The position numbers and the translations under genes are program-made. The notes below the pieces were generated by a model. The model ran no database searches and was not told the origin of the DNA. It saw only the letters and a program-made list of their open reading frames with translations. DNA of 64,000 nucleotides, taken from contig JAFGVE010000017.1 in assembly GCA_016938175.1 (NCBI GenBank), positions 344 through 64,343 on the forward strand, written 5' to 3'. Positions 20,202-29,647 of the stretch are shown here, piece after piece (within the stretch, counting starts at the first letter, position 1; each line of letters starts with the position of its first letter). This DNA is from Campylobacterales bacterium. Its GTDB lineage: Bacteria > Campylobacterota > Campylobacteria > Campylobacterales > Sulfurimonadaceae.

Positions 20202-20771
20202 TTACACCTTTACTCTATCTTCAAGTGCTCTTGTAAGCGAGAGTAAGTCGATGTTTTCCAAACTAACACCCGTTGGGACACCTTGAGCAATTTTAGTAAA
20301 ATTAAGATTGTACTCACTGAGTTTATCTTCAATGTATAAAATAACTGCATCATTTGCAATAGATGGAGTTAAAGCAAATAAAACCTCTCGTACACCATCT
20401 TCTATAATTTCCTCAAGATGAGAAATGCTTAACTCCTCTAAAGAGTCTAAAACAAAGTATCTTCCATCAAAAAGCCCATTTTCTTCAAGTAAAAGTATAT
20501 CTTTTGCATTTTCTACTATACATAAAAGAGTATGGTCTCTTCTCTCATCAGCACAAATATAACAGAGCTCATCCTCACTCATTCCACCACAATCTTTACA
20601 CTTTTTCAATGTTCCTATTGCATCTTCTATTGCATGTGATATCTTCATGCCTGTATATGTATCGTTCATTATCATAAAATAAGCAAGCCTGGTAGCGGAC
20701 TTTTTTCCTATTGTAGGAAGCTCCTGTAAAGCATCTACAAGACGATTAAACTTCTCTAACGAACGATTCAT
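20202..20771 (-). CDS. recR: recombination protein RecR
   Basis: HhH N-terminus (LPTIGKKSATRLA), a C4 zinc finger (CKDCGG...CYIC) and a Toprim domain. Confidence 0.95.
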   Translation of the reverse strand: MNRSLEKFNRLVDALQELPTIGKKSATRLAYFMIMNDTYTGMKISHAIEDAIGTLKKCKDCGGMSEDELCYICADERRDHTLLCIVENAKDILLLEENGLFDGRYFVLDSLEELSISHLEEIIEDGVREVLFALTPSIANDAVILYIEDKLSEYNLNFTKIAQGVPTGVSLENIDLLSLTRALEDRVKV

Positions 20772-21865
20772 ATTTCTTGCTCCTCATTGGGTAAAAGAAT
20801 CCATAAATTTAATGGTGCTTTTAAGCGTCCTGCTATCTCTAAAGCATCTTCACCGCTTCCCAAAAAAAGGTCTGCCCTTACAGAACCTTTTATTGCCCCG
20901 CCTGTATCTTGAGCGAATACAACATTACTTATTTCACCACTATGTGTTTGGGCATCCAAATAGAGCATACTTCCAAGTGGAATAAATCGTCTGTCAATAG
21001 CAACAGAACGTTTTGGTGTCAACTCTATACCTAAGGCTCCTGTTGCTCCCTGCTCTCTTTGTCCAAAAAAAACCATTGATGCATTATAGTTAAGTACTTC
21101 ATCAAGGCGAGAAGGATTTGCTTCTAACCACTCTCTAATTGTCTGCAAACTCACCTCTTCAAGTTTTAAAGCACCTATCTGTACAAGGTATTTTCCTATA
21201 GCTCTATATTTATGTCCATTTTGATTTTCAAAACCTATATACATAGAACTGTTATCATCAAGTAAAACCCTACCAGATCCCTGTATCTCTAAAAAAAATC
21301 TGTCAATCTTAGAGTCTGTATAGCAAAGTACCTCAGCATCAAGACCAGACTCTTTACTTTTTGCGCGTGTATAATAAGGCACTAATCTATCACCTTCAAG
21401 ACGCCCCCGTAAACGGTAATGTTTTAATTCTGGATAGATTGAGGAGAGTTCAACTGTTACTAAATCTTTCGGTTTTTTGTAAATTGGATAAGGATACGCC
21501 TCACTTTTTTCAAAAGATGCACGTAAAAAAGGTTCGTAATAACCAGTTAGAAGTCCAAATTCTGCTCCTGCATCACTTTTAATTTGATAAGGAGAAAATT
21601 CTGTTTCCAAAAAGGCTTTTGCATCAACAACTTCTTGAGCTTTTTGACAACTTTTTGGATAAATTTTTTGTACTTTGCTACTTGTACAACTCTGTTGAAA
21701 AAGGGAGAGTACCTCAGTATAGTTCTCATTCTTCCAATTTTTCAACTCATTAAAACTCTCTTTTACAAGAACTGTTTGTGGAGCGGTTTGGAGTTTTCTC
21801 TCAGGTTTTTTAGCACACCCATAAAAAAACAGTAAAAATAAACATATGCTCAGTATTAGTTTCAT
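20768..21865 (-). CDS. mltA: membrane-bound lytic murein transglycosylase A (lipoprotein)
   Basis: MltA pattern (LTGYYEP, FLEIQGSG, DTGGAIKG..RADLF). The start is placed at MKLILSICLFLLFFYGC (lipobox), 27 nt inside the longest ORF (21892). Confidence 0.85.
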   Translation of the reverse strand: MKLILSICLFLLFFYGCAKKPERKLQTAPQTVLVKESFNELKNWKNENYTEVLSLFQQSCTSSKVQKIYPKSCQKAQEVVDAKAFLETEFSPYQIKSDAGAEFGLLTGYYEPFLRASFEKSEAYPYPIYKKPKDLVTVELSSIYPELKHYRLRGRLEGDRLVPYYTRAKSKESGLDAEVLCYTDSKIDRFFLEIQGSGRVLLDDNSSMYIGFENQNGHKYRAIGKYLVQIGALKLEEVSLQTIREWLEANPSRLDEVLNYNASMVFFGQREQGATGALGIELTPKRSVAIDRRFIPLGSMLYLDAQTHSGEISNVVFAQDTGGAIKGSVRADLFLGSGEDALEIAGRLKAPLNLWILLPNEEQEI

Positions 21866-21943
21866 AGTCGAGATTATATCTAAATATTGCATTTATTTTT
21901 TATAGGTATAATTCCAAAAAAATTATCATTTTATGGGGTATTC

Positions 21944-23059
21944 ATGGAAGAGTTAAGCTATTATGAAATCTTAGAAGTAACTAGGGATGCAGATAAAACG
22001 ACTATAAAAAAAGCATACAGAAAACTTGCAAAACAATACCATCCTGATAAAAATCCAAACGATCCAGAAGCAGAGCATAAATTTAAACTCTGTAATGAAG
22101 CATATCAGTGTTTAAGTGATGACCAACAACGTAGTATATATGATCGTTATGGTAAAGAGGGTCTTCAAGGTGGTGCTGGACGCTCTTCTGGTGGATTTGA
22201 TGATTTAAGTTCAATGTTTGAAGAGATGTTTAGTGGATTTGCAGGTGGTGGAAGACGTCGTCAAAACCCAGCAGATATGGATAAGTATCCTCTTGACATG
22301 AATGTCGATATGCGCATTAGCTTTAATGAAGCGATATTTGGCTGTGAAAAAGAGGTTGAGTTTACATATAAAAAATCGTGTAATGACTGTAAAGGTACAG
22401 GTGCAAAAGACGGAAAACTCTCAACATGTAAACAGTGTGGCGGACAGGGACAGGTCTACATGAAACAAGGTTTTATGACCTTTTCACAAACATGTCCTGC
22501 TTGTCAAGGTACAGGAAGTGCTGCGACTGATAAATGTAATTCTTGTCGTGGAGCGGGCTACGAAGAGGTTAAAGAAAGCGTTAGTATAAAAATACCAAAA
22601 GGTATAGATACGGGTAATCGTTTAAGAGTTTCAGGTAGAGGAAATATTGGGAAACGTGGTACTAGAGGTGATCTTTATGTAACATTTGAAGTGACTCCGG
22701 ACAAACATTTCATTCGTGATGAAAATGACGTCTACATCGAAATTCCTGTCTTTTTCACACAAGCTATTACTGGAGCAACACTCACTATTCCTTCTCTAAG
22801 AGGTGAATTAGAACTAAAGCTTGATGTTGGTACAAAGGATAAACAACGTTTTACATTCAGAGGAGAAGGAATTGACGATGTTCACGGACATGGACGTGGT
22901 GATCTTATCGCTCAAATAGATATTACCTATCCGAAAAAACTCAGTGATGAACAACTTGACTTACTTGAAAAACTACAAGACTCATTTGGAATAGAGTCCA
23001 AACCGCATGAAAGCGTTTTAGATTCCGCCATAGAAAAAATGAAAGGCTGGTTTAAATAG
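21944..23059 (+). CDS. dnaJ: molecular chaperone DnaJ
   Basis: J domain with HPD (YYEILEV...YHPDKN), a G/F region and four CxxCxGxG repeats. The start is at the [13 protein letters not shown] (21944), not the upstream alternative start at 21887. Confidence 0.95.
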   Translation: MEELSYYEILEVTRDADKTTIKKAYRKLAKQYHPDKNPNDPEAEHKFKLCNEAYQCLSDDQQRSIYDRYGKEGLQGGAGRSSGGFDDLSSMFEEMFSGFAGGGRRRQNPADMDKYPLDMNVDMRISFNEAIFGCEKEVEFTYKKSCNDCKGTGAKDGKLSTCKQCGGQGQVYMKQGFMTFSQTCPACQGTGSAATDKCNSCRGAGYEEVKESVSIKIPKGIDTGNRLRVSGRGNIGKRGTRGDLYVTFEVTPDKHFIRDENDVYIEIPVFFTQAITGATLTIPSLRGELELKLDVGTKDKQRFTFRGEGIDDVHGHGRGDLIAQIDITYPKKLSDEQLDLLEKLQDSFGIESKPHESVLDSAIEKMKGWFK

Positions 23060-23067
23060 ATATAAAT

Positions 23068-23244
23068 ATGGTAAAGTACTCCCCTTTTCTACTGCTACTT
23101 ACCATTCCTTTTTTCAGCTCCCAAATATATTATGGAGTTCCATTATGGGCTTATATCTCTTTAGGAGCAACAGCTTTTTACGCTCTTGTCCTCATCTTTA
23201 CTATTGAAACAAAATACCAAACACTCAAAGAAGATGATGAGTAA
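23068..23244 (+). CDS. small membrane protein, DUF3311-like partner of the sodium:solute symporter
   Basis: Not in ORF track (58 aa). Translation is MVKYSPFLLLLTIPFFSSQIYYGVPLWAYISLGATAFYALVLIFTIETKYQTLKEDDE, with two hydrophobic segments. Its end overlaps the ATGATG start of the symporter. No strong SD sequence. Confidence 0.45.
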   Translation: MVKYSPFLLLLTIPFFSSQIYYGVPLWAYISLGATAFYALVLIFTIETKYQTLKEDDE

Positions 23245-24694
23245 TCCTGTACTGCTCTCAGAATTTGGTATCTATTTTTTACTTTTATATCTGAGTTCTC
23301 TTATTCTCATTGGCTTTGCAGGCAAGTTTGCCTCTAAAGAAGAGAGTTTAAAAGAGTTTTATCTTGGTGGTGCCGGTTTTGGTGTAGGAATATTATTTCT
23401 GACTATGTATGCGACACAATACAGTGGAAACTCTCTTATAGGTTTTGCAGGTAGTAGCTACAGAAACGGCTGGTTTTTTCTAGTAAGCGTCACGTTTATG
23501 ATAGCTATAGTCGGTGGTTATTTACTCTATGCACCCAAACTTTACCCTCTGAGTAAAAAATATGACTTCATTACTATTGGAGATTATATAAAATACCGCT
23601 ACAGCTCCAAACTCTTAACATATCTCATAGTAGCTATCTCAATTTTTGCACTCTCAAACTATATGCTAACCAACCTCAAAGCAATCGGTTATATAGTTGA
23701 ATATGTTACAGGCGGGGCAATCGGTTTTACACAGGGTATTATCGTAATGTCTATAATTATGGTAATTTACGAAACTCTTGGAGGAATGAGAAGTGTCGCA
23801 TGGACTGATGCTATTCAAGGAGTACTACTTCTTGTGGGTGTTATTATTATCTTTAGTGTGATTCTCATTCACTACGGCACACCTTATGCAAATACAGAAC
23901 TATTTTTGCAAAACAATAGTGAGTTATTTAGAAGTGTAACATCTGCAGACCAGATACAATGGCTGAGTGTACTCATTCTTATATTTTTTGGAATTTCAGT
24001 CTATCCTCAAGCAATTCAAAGAATATACTCTGCAAAAAATGAACAGACACTCAAACGCTCTCTCTCCCTCATGGTGATAATGCCTTTTTTAACAACATTA
24101 CCTCTTATAATCATCGCGATTATCGGTTCAGCATACTTTGTTGATTTAGATAAAACGCAGAGTGAGCAGATAATTCTTTTAATGCTTGCAAAGCTCTCAA
24201 ATATTCCTGGTATGGAGATTGTACTTACCCTTTTCGTGAGTGCTGCTATTGCAGCAATAATGTCTACAGTTGATAGTGCAATGCTTGCTATAGCCTCACT
24301 CTTTACACAAGATATATATCATGAACAAAAACCTCAAGCGACACAAAAAGAATTGACCTATGTGGGAAAACTATTTTCATGGGGTGTTATGATTGTTATG
24401 GTGACACTTGCCATTAACCTTCCTTCAACAATATGGTGGCTTATACAAATTAAACTTGAACTACTTGTTCAAATTGCACCTGCTATTATGCTTGGTATAC
24501 ACTTTAAAAACATTTCAGCAAAAGCTATCCTTTTTGGTCTTTTAAGCGGTGTTTCCTTTACTCTTTTACTTCTTTTGACACCTCTCCCAAGTAAACCTTT
24601 TGGTTTTCATGCAGGTGTTTTAGGACTGATAATAAACTTCTTAACACTATTTGTGATACACTTAAACGAAAAAAAGAGACTTGGACTCTACTAA
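23234..24694 (+). CDS. sodium:solute symporter (SSS) family transporter
   Basis: About 13 predicted TM segments with an SSS-like pattern (GGMRSVAWTDAIQG). The start is placed at ATGATG 23234 rather than the non-ATG start at 23186. Confidence 0.85.
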   Translation: MMSNPVLLSEFGIYFLLLYLSSLILIGFAGKFASKEESLKEFYLGGAGFGVGILFLTMYATQYSGNSLIGFAGSSYRNGWFFLVSVTFMIAIVGGYLLYAPKLYPLSKKYDFITIGDYIKYRYSSKLLTYLIVAISIFALSNYMLTNLKAIGYIVEYVTGGAIGFTQGIIVMSIIMVIYETLGGMRSVAWTDAIQGVLLLVGVIIIFSVILIHYGTPYANTELFLQNNSELFRSVTSADQIQWLSVLILIFFGISVYPQAIQRIYSAKNEQTLKRSLSLMVIMPFLTTLPLIIIAIIGSAYFVDLDKTQSEQIILLMLAKLSNIPGMEIVLTLFVSAAIAAIMSTVDSAMLAIASLFTQDIYHEQKPQATQKELTYVGKLFSWGVMIVMVTLAINLPSTIWWLIQIKLELLVQIAPAIMLGIHFKNISAKAILFGLLSGVSFTLLLLLTPLPSKPFGFHAGVLGLIINFLTLFVIHLNEKKRLGLY

Positions 24695-25281
24695 TGAATA
24701 CTAGTTACGTGAAAAAAACCCTTGCATCCCTCGCACTCTCTATGTTTAGAAAAGACTTTTTTGGTATTTACCATGGTTCAATTTCCGCAAAAACAGAAAC
24801 AAATAGATTTATCATAAACACCAAAGAAGCGGTATTTGATGCACTGGACAATGAGAGTCTCATTCAACTCTATTTTAAAAAAGACTATAGATGGAATATG
24901 GCAAGTATTGATGCGAGTATTCACTATAGTATTTACTCACAGATAAGTGAAGCTAAATTTATCTGTTTTAGTATGCCTCCATTTACAACAGCATACTCGC
25001 TCGAGCATGACATCATCGAACCAAAAGACTACTTTGGATACAAAGAGATAGGCTCTATAGAGATTTTTGATCCAAAAAAATTCGACAACTGGTACGATAG
25101 AGCTGAGAGTGAAATCACATACTATCTACTAACAAATAAGACTAACATTATGGTCATTCGAGGCTATGGAGTATATGCATATAGTAGAGATATCCATGAG
25201 ATGGCAAAACGCCTCTCAATTTTAGAAAAAAGTTGTAGACTGCTTATGCTTGATGGCTCACAGTCGCACCTAGAGGACTAG
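24694..25281 (+). CDS. class II aldolase/adducin N-terminal domain-like protein
   Basis: Loose match to the aldolase II fold pattern (GSISAK..., ASIDASIHYSIY, FICFSMPPFTTAYS). Its start overlaps the symporter stop (TAATG). Confidence 0.5.
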   Translation: MNTSYVKKTLASLALSMFRKDFFGIYHGSISAKTETNRFIINTKEAVFDALDNESLIQLYFKKDYRWNMASIDASIHYSIYSQISEAKFICFSMPPFTTAYSLEHDIIEPKDYFGYKEIGSIEIFDPKKFDNWYDRAESEITYYLLTNKTNIMVIRGYGVYAYSRDIHEMAKRLSILEKSCRLLMLDGSQSHLED

Positions 25282-25388
25282 AGCTTTTACTCTTCTCTCT
25301 GGGTTACATAGGGCACCCTATTCTTTATCAAGTTTTAATACGAATTTATCTAGAATTACACGAATATCACAAAACAAGGTTTTTTTCA

Positions 25389-26855
25389 ATGATTACATGG
25401 ATGCAAAGACACAAAAAGTGGCTGATTATTACTATCTGGATTTCAACAATTGCGTTTGTCGGAGCTGGTTTTGTCGGATGGGGACAATATAGCTATGGAG
25501 ACAAGGCAGGAGCTGCGGCTAAAGTTGGCAATGTTGAAATAAGTATGGGCGAACTACAAAAAAGCTACTCTAACCTTTATATGCAGTACAATCAAATGTT
25601 CCAAGGTAATTTTGATGAAGAGAAAGCAAAACAGTTTGGCTTACAAAAACAGGCTCTAAACCAGCTTATTCAACAAGCACTTATTATTAACCTAGCAAAC
25701 TCCTATGACCTCAGTATAAGTGACAGTGAACTTATAGAAGCATTACAACAGCAAGAGTATTTCTTTAAAGATGGTCTCTTTGACAAAGAGACATATAAAA
25801 GCGTACTTTCTCAAAACAGACTCACTACAAAAGAGTACGAAGCTGATTTAAAAAAGAACCTTCTTATAATGAAAACACTTGCTATGCTACCCGTAGAAGC
25901 TACTGAAAATGAAAAAAATATTCTCAATACACTTACAAGCATTGCAGATAAAATCAACTATAAAGTCTTAACAAATGATGATGTAACGATAGATACATCT
26001 GATGAAAAATTAAAAGCTTTCTGGGAAACAAAACGCCAAAACTTCATGAGTGAAGTAAGTTATGACATCAAATATATAACACAACAAGCTCTCAACAATG
26101 AATATAGCGAAGCAGAACTCTCAAAATACTATGAAGCCAATAAAACACATTTTAAAGATGCCGAAGGAAAAATTCTCTCTTTAGAAGATGCAAAAGTTGC
26201 AATAACAAAAGAGCTTAATGACGATGCTACAAAAGACAAAGCACTAAGAGCATATATAGATTATAAAAAAGGAAACCTTACAGAAGATGTAGCGGTACAA
26301 TCTACAACAATTTCACAAAGTAACAACCCTTTCTCAGCAGAACTATTTAAGAAAGTAACAGAGTTATCATCTGCATCACCATATCTTAAACCTGTTAGTG
26401 TAAATGGAGTATACTACATAGTAGAACTTGTTAAAACAAATCCATCAGAAATGAAAAGTTTTGAAGAGGCAAAAGCAGAGGTTTTCCCTCTTTTTGTGCA
26501 ACAAGAACGTGCAAAACAACTTCTTGCGTTAGCAAATGAATCTTTAGGTAAATTTTCTGGAAAAACTACCGATTTTGTTACAGTTGAAGATACAGATAAA
26601 ATAACATTGCTCACACAAACTGAAGCTAAGGAATTTCTAGGTAAACTCTTTACAAGTGACAAAAAACGCTCTTTCATCCAGTTAAGTAACACAAAAGTTG
26701 TTTTATTTGATGTTTTGGAACAGAAACTGCTTCCTAACACTAACACGGCACAGAGTGAAGATATCGTAAGATTCAAAAGTGCGATGTTTAATGAAGCTCT
26801 TATAAAAGAACTACAAAACAAGTATCAAACAGAGATATTTATTCAAGGACTCTAA
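25389..26855 (+). CDS. periplasmic chaperone/peptidyl-prolyl isomerase PpiD-like (SurA N-terminal domain protein)
   Basis: N-terminal membrane anchor MITWMQRHKKWLIITIWISTIAFVGAGFVGWG. It sits directly upstream of ftsA-ftsZ as in Campylobacter. Confidence 0.75.
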   Translation: MITWMQRHKKWLIITIWISTIAFVGAGFVGWGQYSYGDKAGAAAKVGNVEISMGELQKSYSNLYMQYNQMFQGNFDEEKAKQFGLQKQALNQLIQQALIINLANSYDLSISDSELIEALQQQEYFFKDGLFDKETYKSVLSQNRLTTKEYEADLKKNLLIMKTLAMLPVEATENEKNILNTLTSIADKINYKVLTNDDVTIDTSDEKLKAFWETKRQNFMSEVSYDIKYITQQALNNEYSEAELSKYYEANKTHFKDAEGKILSLEDAKVAITKELNDDATKDKALRAYIDYKKGNLTEDVAVQSTTISQSNNPFSAELFKKVTELSSASPYLKPVSVNGVYYIVELVKTNPSEMKSFEEAKAEVFPLFVQQERAKQLLALANESLGKFSGKTTDFVTVEDTDKITLLTQTEAKEFLGKLFTSDKKRSFIQLSNTKVVLFDVLEQKLLPNTNTAQSEDIVRFKSAMFNEALIKELQNKYQTEIFIQGL

Positions 26856-26856
26856 A

Positions 26857-28218
26857 TTGAGTAGAACAGTTTTAGCCATCGATGTAGGCTCTACAAAGAT
26901 ATGTGCGATAATTGCCCAAATTGAAAATGACAATTCAATTTCAATTACTGGTGCAGGTACAACAAAAGCACAAGGACTAAAAAAAGGAAGCATAACGAAT
27001 ATAGAGTTAGCTTCTCGCTCTATAAAAACTGCTGTTGAAGATGCCAAACGTGTCTCAGGCAGCGATGTTAAAACTGCAATAGTATCTATCTCCGGTGCAT
27101 ATACAAAAAGCCTCAACTCAAACGGAATTGTAAATATTCAAACAAAAGAGATTAGCTTTAAAGAGATAGAACGTGTCATGCACACCTCTCTTTATAATGC
27201 AAACATTCCAAATGAGTATGAAGTCCTCCACGCACTTCCATATAATTTTAAAGTTGACGATCAAGACTTTATTGAAGATCCTTTAGGTATGAATGCTGCA
27301 AGGCTTGAAGTTGAAACACATATCATTACAACACAAAAGTCAAATCTCAACAACCTTCGAAAAGCTGTTCAAGGTGCAGGTGTTGAAGTTGAAAATATAG
27401 TTCTCAACTCATACGCATCTTCTATAGCAACACTTAATGAAGATGAAAAAGAACTTGGTGTTGCAGTTATTGATATGGGTGGAAATACAAGTAATATTGC
27501 TATACACTCTGGCAATTCTATTCGCTACAATGAGTTTTTAGGTGTAGGCTCAAATCATGTAACGAGTGATTTATCTATGGCGCTTCATACTCCGCTAAAC
27601 GTAGCTGACAGTGTGAAACTCACATATGGTTCACTACTTACACCAAGTAATGACCTGATTGAACTCCCTGTAATTGGCGATGAAGAATCAACACACGAAG
27701 TATCTTTAGAAGTTGTGCACAATGTTATTTTTGCAAGAGTTGAAGAGACTCTCATGATTCTTGCACAATTTATTGATAAAAGTGGTTTAAAAGACCAAAT
27801 GGGTGCAGGTGTTGTACTAACAGGTGGTTTTTCTAAAATGGAAGGTATTAGAGATTTAGCAGTCGCTACTTTTGGTTCAATGCCTGTTCGTCTTGCTCGT
27901 CCAATTGAAATGGATGGACTCTTTGATAATCTCAGAGATGCAGAATATTCAAGTGCAATAGGTCTTGTAATGTATTCCGCTCATCCATATACCCGCTACG
28001 AAATTGATGTAAACAAAAGAGTTAGACATACAAATGAGGCACCAACCTCACATCATAGCGTGAACTTCAATGTAGGAGAACTAGAGATTCCAGTCGCACC
28101 ATCTGAAGAGATAGCGGCAGCTAAGATGGTTAGTCTTGAAGCTTCAAAAAAAGAGAAAAAGAGTGATGAGGCGAGTAGTTTTAGTAAGTTTTGGAACTGG
28201 GCTACCCAGTTATTTTAA
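26857..28218 (+). CDS. ftsA: cell division protein FtsA
   Basis: Actin-like ATPase (LAIDVGSTKICAII, VIDMGGNTSNIAI, VLTGGFSKMEGI). TTG start. Confidence 0.95.
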   Translation: MSRTVLAIDVGSTKICAIIAQIENDNSISITGAGTTKAQGLKKGSITNIELASRSIKTAVEDAKRVSGSDVKTAIVSISGAYTKSLNSNGIVNIQTKEISFKEIERVMHTSLYNANIPNEYEVLHALPYNFKVDDQDFIEDPLGMNAARLEVETHIITTQKSNLNNLRKAVQGAGVEVENIVLNSYASSIATLNEDEKELGVAVIDMGGNTSNIAIHSGNSIRYNEFLGVGSNHVTSDLSMALHTPLNVADSVKLTYGSLLTPSNDLIELPVIGDEESTHEVSLEVVHNVIFARVEETLMILAQFIDKSGLKDQMGAGVVLTGGFSKMEGIRDLAVATFGSMPVRLARPIEMDGLFDNLRDAEYSSAIGLVMYSAHPYTRYEIDVNKRVRHTNEAPTSHHSVNFNVGELEIPVAPSEEIAAAKMVSLEASKKEKKSDEASSFSKFWNWATQLF

Positions 28219-28231
28219 AAGGAGTTAGATA

Positions 28232-29344
28232 ATGGAAGCATTTGTAGTAGAAGAAGCGAGTAACCAAAGCGGTGCAAGAATAATTGCTGTTGGCGTCGGC
28301 GGTGGCGGTGGCAATATGATTGGACATATGCTCAAAGAAGGTGTAACAGGAATTGAAATGATTCTTGTAAATACAGATGCTCAAGTTTTAAATGAAACAA
28401 ACGGCGCATCAAAAATCCAAATAGGTGCAAAACTTACAAAAGGGCTTGGAGCAGGGATGAAGCCATCTGTAGGGAAAGACTCAGCACTTGAAAACTATGA
28501 CGATATTCGTAACGCTCTTGAGGGTGCGGATATAGTATTTGTATCTGCCGGTCTTGGTGGTGGAACAGGTACAGGTGCTGCACCGGTTGTTGCACAGATT
28601 GCCAAAGAAGTTGGAGCACTTACAATCTCTATAGTTACTAAACCTTTCAAATTTGAGGGGAGTAAACGCCTTAAACTTGCTGAAGCAGGTCTTGAAGAAT
28701 TAAAAAAAGAGAGTGATTCAATTGTTGTTATTCCTAATGACAAACTCCTTTCAATTATCGATAGAAAACTTGGTTTAAAAGATAGTTTTAAAATTGTTGA
28801 TGGTGTTTTAGCACAAGCAGTTAGTGGTACCTCAGGTGTGATTCTCTCGAGTGGAGATAATGATATCAACCTCGACTTCGCAGACTTACAAACTGTTATG
28901 AGCCATAAAGGTATGGCGCTTATGGGTGTTGGTGAGCATGAAGGTGAAAATGCTGCATATGAGGCAATAAAAGCCGCTATAGAGTCTCCACTCCTTGATA
29001 ATATGTCAATTAATGGTGCAATGGGTGTTCTTGTACACTTTAAAATGCACCCAAGCTTCTCAATGATTGAACTAGCAGATGCTATGGAAGTTGTACATGA
29101 GAGTGCACACGATGATGCAGAAGTAATCTGGGGAACCTCAACTGATGAATCTATTCCAGAGAACTATATTAAAATCACTATAGTAGCAACTGGTTTTGAA
29201 AAAGAGTTAAGTAATAACGATGACTTTGTAGGAGAAAAAACAGCTCCTCCACGTGCAGTTGTACGCCCTCGCCTTGTTGTGGGTGGTGATTTAGATAGTG
29301 ACTACCTTGACGTTCCTGCATTTATGAGAAGACAACAAGACTAA
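28232..29344 (+). CDS. ftsZ: cell division protein FtsZ
   Basis: Tubulin signature GLGGGTGTGAAPV, NTDAQVL, and the C-terminal DVPAFMRRQ peptide. Confidence 0.97.
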   Translation: MEAFVVEEASNQSGARIIAVGVGGGGGNMIGHMLKEGVTGIEMILVNTDAQVLNETNGASKIQIGAKLTKGLGAGMKPSVGKDSALENYDDIRNALEGADIVFVSAGLGGGTGTGAAPVVAQIAKEVGALTISIVTKPFKFEGSKRLKLAEAGLEELKKESDSIVVIPNDKLLSIIDRKLGLKDSFKIVDGVLAQAVSGTSGVILSSGDNDINLDFADLQTVMSHKGMALMGVGEHEGENAAYEAIKAAIESPLLDNMSINGAMGVLVHFKMHPSFSMIELADAMEVVHESAHDDAEVIWGTSTDESIPENYIKITIVATGFEKELSNNDDFVGEKTAPPRAVVRPRLVVGGDLDSDYLDVPAFMRRQQD

Positions 29345-29371
29345 CACTCCTTGCACTCCTTTGAAAAAATA

Positions 29372-29641
29372 ATGAAGTCCAAATCGCTTCTTGGACTTCG
29401 TGAAACCTCTACACTTAAAGAGATAAAAAATAAATACAAAAACCTTATGAAAAAGTGGCACCCTGACAAACATAAGGACAATCCAGAAAAAGCTACAAAA
29501 ATGAGTATGCAGATTAATGAAGCATATGAAGTTATTATGGATTACTGCAATAACTATGAATACTCTTTTGATGAAGAGAGTATCAAACAAAAAACCTATA
29601 CACCAGCCCAGTGGTGGCATGACAAGTTTGGTGGAAGATAA
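29372..29641 (+). CDS. small J-domain protein
   Basis: LLGLRETSTLKEIKNKYKNLMKKWHPDKH contains the HPD motif. The start is placed at ATG 29372 inside the longer non-ATG ORF (29351). Confidence 0.7.
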   Translation: MKSKSLLGLRETSTLKEIKNKYKNLMKKWHPDKHKDNPEKATKMSMQINEAYEVIMDYCNNYEYSFDEESIKQKTYTPAQWWHDKFGGR

Positions 29642-29647
29642 ATTTTG

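Noticed and set aside
21893-21943. Heat-shock operator (CIRCE or HAIR) in the mltA-dnaJ divergent region
   Set aside because: No TTAGCACTC-N9-GAGTGCTAA or CTTGAGT-N7-ACTCAAG-like inverted repeat is present. Only TATAAT-like -10 boxes are seen.
25311-25324. GGGCACCCTATTCT here and CGGCACCCTACTCT at 37691-37704: shared intergenic motif resembling a sigma-54 -24 element (TGGCAC)
   Set aside because: The -12 position reads TCTT/TCTG instead of TTGC, so the essential GC is missing. A shared 12-13-mer in 64 kb on two strands is expected by chance.
26414-26821. Long antisense ORFs in the track (for example 26414-26821, 28495-28869, 29291-29620, 49484-49822, 49918-50241, 56500-56832, 58826-59200, 59256-59585, 11067-11420)
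   Set aside because: Each lies entirely opposite a confidently identified conserved gene (ppiD-like, ftsZ, J-protein, ftsY, radA, murC, mutS2, metE). Each has a skewed, low-complexity composition typical of shadow ORFs.
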